DNA of 16,864 nucleotides from Pseudomonadota bacterium (GTDB lineage Bacteria; Pseudomonadota; Alphaproteobacteria; Rhodobacterales; Rhodobacteraceae): NCBI GenBank assembly GCA_039178165.1, contig JBCDFL010000058.1, positions 1 to 16,864 of the forward strand, read 5' to 3'. Shown piece by piece: positions 15,350 to 16,864 of this stretch (position 1 is its first letter; each line of letters starts with the position of its first letter). The notes under the pieces were generated by a model. It saw only the letters and a program-made list of their open reading frames with translations, ran no database searches and was not told where the DNA came from. The position numbers and the translations under genes were made by a program.

Positions 15350-15633
15350 CAGGCTTTCCCGTTCAGACGATCCCGCAGCAGTTTGCCGGTTTTGAAGAAC
15401 GGCACGTGCTTTTCTTCGACATGAACGGTCTCACCGGTTCTGGGGTTCCGGCCCACCCGCGCGTCGCGGCGTTTGACGGAAAAGGCGCCGAAGCCGCGCA
15501 GCTCGACGCGGTTGCCATCGGCCATTGCGGCGGTGACTTCGTCGAAGATGGTGTTCACGATCCGCTCGACATCGCGTTGGTAAAGATGTGGATTTTCGTC
15601 CGCAATCTTCTGGATCAGCTCTGACCGGATCAT
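15349..15633 (-). CDS. ihfB: Integration host factor beta subunit
   Basis: [91 protein letters not shown] is a canonical 94-aa IHF-beta. The track ORF (158 aa from 15825) over-extends; ATG 15633 begins the conserved MIRSEL. Confidence 0.9.
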
Positions 15634-15844
15634 TATTGTCGTCCCCCCGGGCGCGCCTTTGGCTGCGGTTATTTGTCTAAAGACTATAGGGACGAACCGC
15701 CCAGGCGGGAATAGACTTCGGCGTGGCCGGGCGTGAATTCGCGCAGATCGGACATGTTTTTCGACATACGACCCGGGATGGGCCCGACAAAGCGGCACTT
15801 GCGGTGTGCCCCGGGTGGGCGGCACCCCTTGCGTGATTCGGGCA

Positions 15845-15878
15845 CAAAAAAGCCCCGCGCCGGGCTGCGGCGCGGGGC
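15845..15878 (-). terminator. Rho-independent terminator of rpsA
   Basis: On the minus strand: GCCCCGCGCCG-cagcc-CGGCGCGGGGC (11-bp perfect GC stem) followed by TTTTTT, 26 nt after the rpsA stop. Confidence 0.75.
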
Positions 15879-15903
15879 TGTATTACCGGGTGAGCGGCTG
15901 GAA

Positions 15904-16864
15904 TCAGTCGTCGCCCTTGAGCGCGGCACCCAGGATGTCACCCAGCGATGCACCGGAATCGGAGGAGCCGTATTGTTCGACGGCCTCTTTTTCTTCGGCA
16001 ATCTCGCGCGCCTTGATCGACACGCCCAGACGGCGGGATTTGTTGTCGATGTTGGTGATGCGCACGTCCACCTTGTCGCCGACGGAGAACCGCTCGGGCC
16101 GCTGTTCGGCGCGGTCACGGCTCAGGTCGGAGCGGCGGATGAAGGACTTCATGCCTTCGTATTCCACCTCGATGCCGCCATCTTCGATGGAGGTGACCTC
16201 GACCGTCACGATGGAGCCGCGCTTCACGCCGCCCACAGCATCGGCGAACTTGTCGCCGCCAACCGCTTTGATCGACAGGGAGATACGCTCTTTGTCGACG
16301 TCGACTTCGGACACGACCGCTTGGACGACGTCGCCCTTGCGGTAGTTCTGGATCGCGTCTTCGCCGCGCTCGTCCCAGCTGAGGTCGGACAGGTGAACCA
16401 TACCGTCGATATCGCCCGGCAGGCCGACGAACAGACCGAATTCGGTGATGTTCTTGACCTCGCCCTCGACCTCGGTGCCCTCAGGGTGGGTTTCAGCGAA
16501 CACATCCCACGGGTTGCGCATGGTCTGCTTGAGGCCCAGCGACACGCGGCGCTTGGCGCCGTCGATTTCCAGGACCATGACCTCGACCTCTTGCGAGGTG
16601 GAGACGATCTTGCCTGGATGGACGTTCTTCTTGGTCCAGGACATCTCGGACACGTGCACGAGGCCCTCGACACCGGGTTCCAGCTCAACAAAGGCACCGT
16701 AATCGGTGATGTTGGTGACGCGACCGGTGTGGGTGGATTCCAGCGGGTACTTGGCAGCCACCAGATCCCATGGATCTTCTTGCAGTTGCTTCATGCCCAG
16801 GGAAATGCGGTGCGTTTCTTTGTTGATCTTGATGACCTGCACCTTGACGGTTTCGCCGATGGTC
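15904..16864 (-). CDS. rpsA: 30S ribosomal protein S1, C-terminal ~320 aa; the 5' end lies beyond the window
   Basis: Repeated S1 domains (...GRVTNITDYGAFVEL..GVEGLVHVSEMSW...; ...GEVKNITEFGLFVGL..DIDGMVHLSDLSW...) and the acidic C-terminal tail ...ALKGDD. The ORF stays open to the window edge. Confidence 0.9.
   Translation of the reverse strand, partial: TIGETVKVQVIKINKETHRISLGMKQLQEDPWDLVAAKYPLESTHTGRVTNITDYGAFVELEPGVEGLVHVSEMSWTKKNVHPGKIVSTSQEVEVMVLEIDGAKRRVSLGLKQTMRNPWDVFAETHPEGTEVEGEVKNITEFGLFVGLPGDIDGMVHLSDLSWDERGEDAIQNYRKGDVVQAVVSEVDVDKERISLSIKAVGGDKFADAVGGVKRGSIVTVEVTSIEDGGIEVEYEGMKSFIRRSDLSRDRAEQRPERFSVGDKVDVRITNIDNKSRRLGVSIKAREIAEEKEAVEQYGSSDSGASLGDILGAALKGDD

Overview
This is a high-GC (roughly 65%) chromosomal segment that looks alphaproteobacterial, probably Rhodobacterales-like. 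The gene families and the conserved rpsA-ihfB-lapA-like-trpF-trpB arrangement support this, but I cannot confirm taxonomy from sequence alone.

Left part:
- 1..1150 (-): partial MFS transporter, 3' end off the window.
- 1283..1927 (+): rplY (L25/Ctc), followed by an intrinsic terminator.
- 2026..2709 (+): pth, with a Pro/Ala/Lys-rich C-terminal tail.
- 2706..5323 (+): three translationally coupled genes. These are a DUF2332-like protein, a beta-lactamase-fold serine hydrolase, and a Cys-rich DUF2237 protein.

Middle part:
- 5324..6103: about 780 bp of noncoding DNA. It holds a perfect 24-bp palindromic operator-like site, a tRNA-like gene with an anomalous anticodon loop, an orphan tRNA 3' fragment, and a structured GC-rich spacer.
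- 6104..7222 (+): soluble SPFH/band-7 protein with a triplicated N-terminal motif.
- 7278..9863 (-) and 10002..12605 (-): two large tandem paralogous RTX-type (GGxGxD nonapeptide) type-I-secretion substrates. Their N-terminal domains are built from degenerate LxNGNFVVAF-type repeats that look beta-propeller-like.
- The RTX pair sits directly downstream of trpB, where trpA would normally be expected. No T1SS export genes are in the window.

Right part (all minus strand):
- 12726..13970: trpB.
- 14026..14096: array of three palindromes.
- 14096..14347: small hypothetical gene.
- 14362..14994: trpF, with no canonical start codon.
- 14999..15349: LapA/DUF1049-like membrane protein.
- 15349..15633: ihfB.
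- 15845..15878: intrinsic terminator.
- 15904..16864: 3' part of rpsA, running off the window.

The most interesting candidates are the RTX/beta-propeller-repeat gene pair inserted into the trp synteny and the tRNA-like scar region. Every family assignment rests on recognising motifs by eye and needs a database search to confirm.
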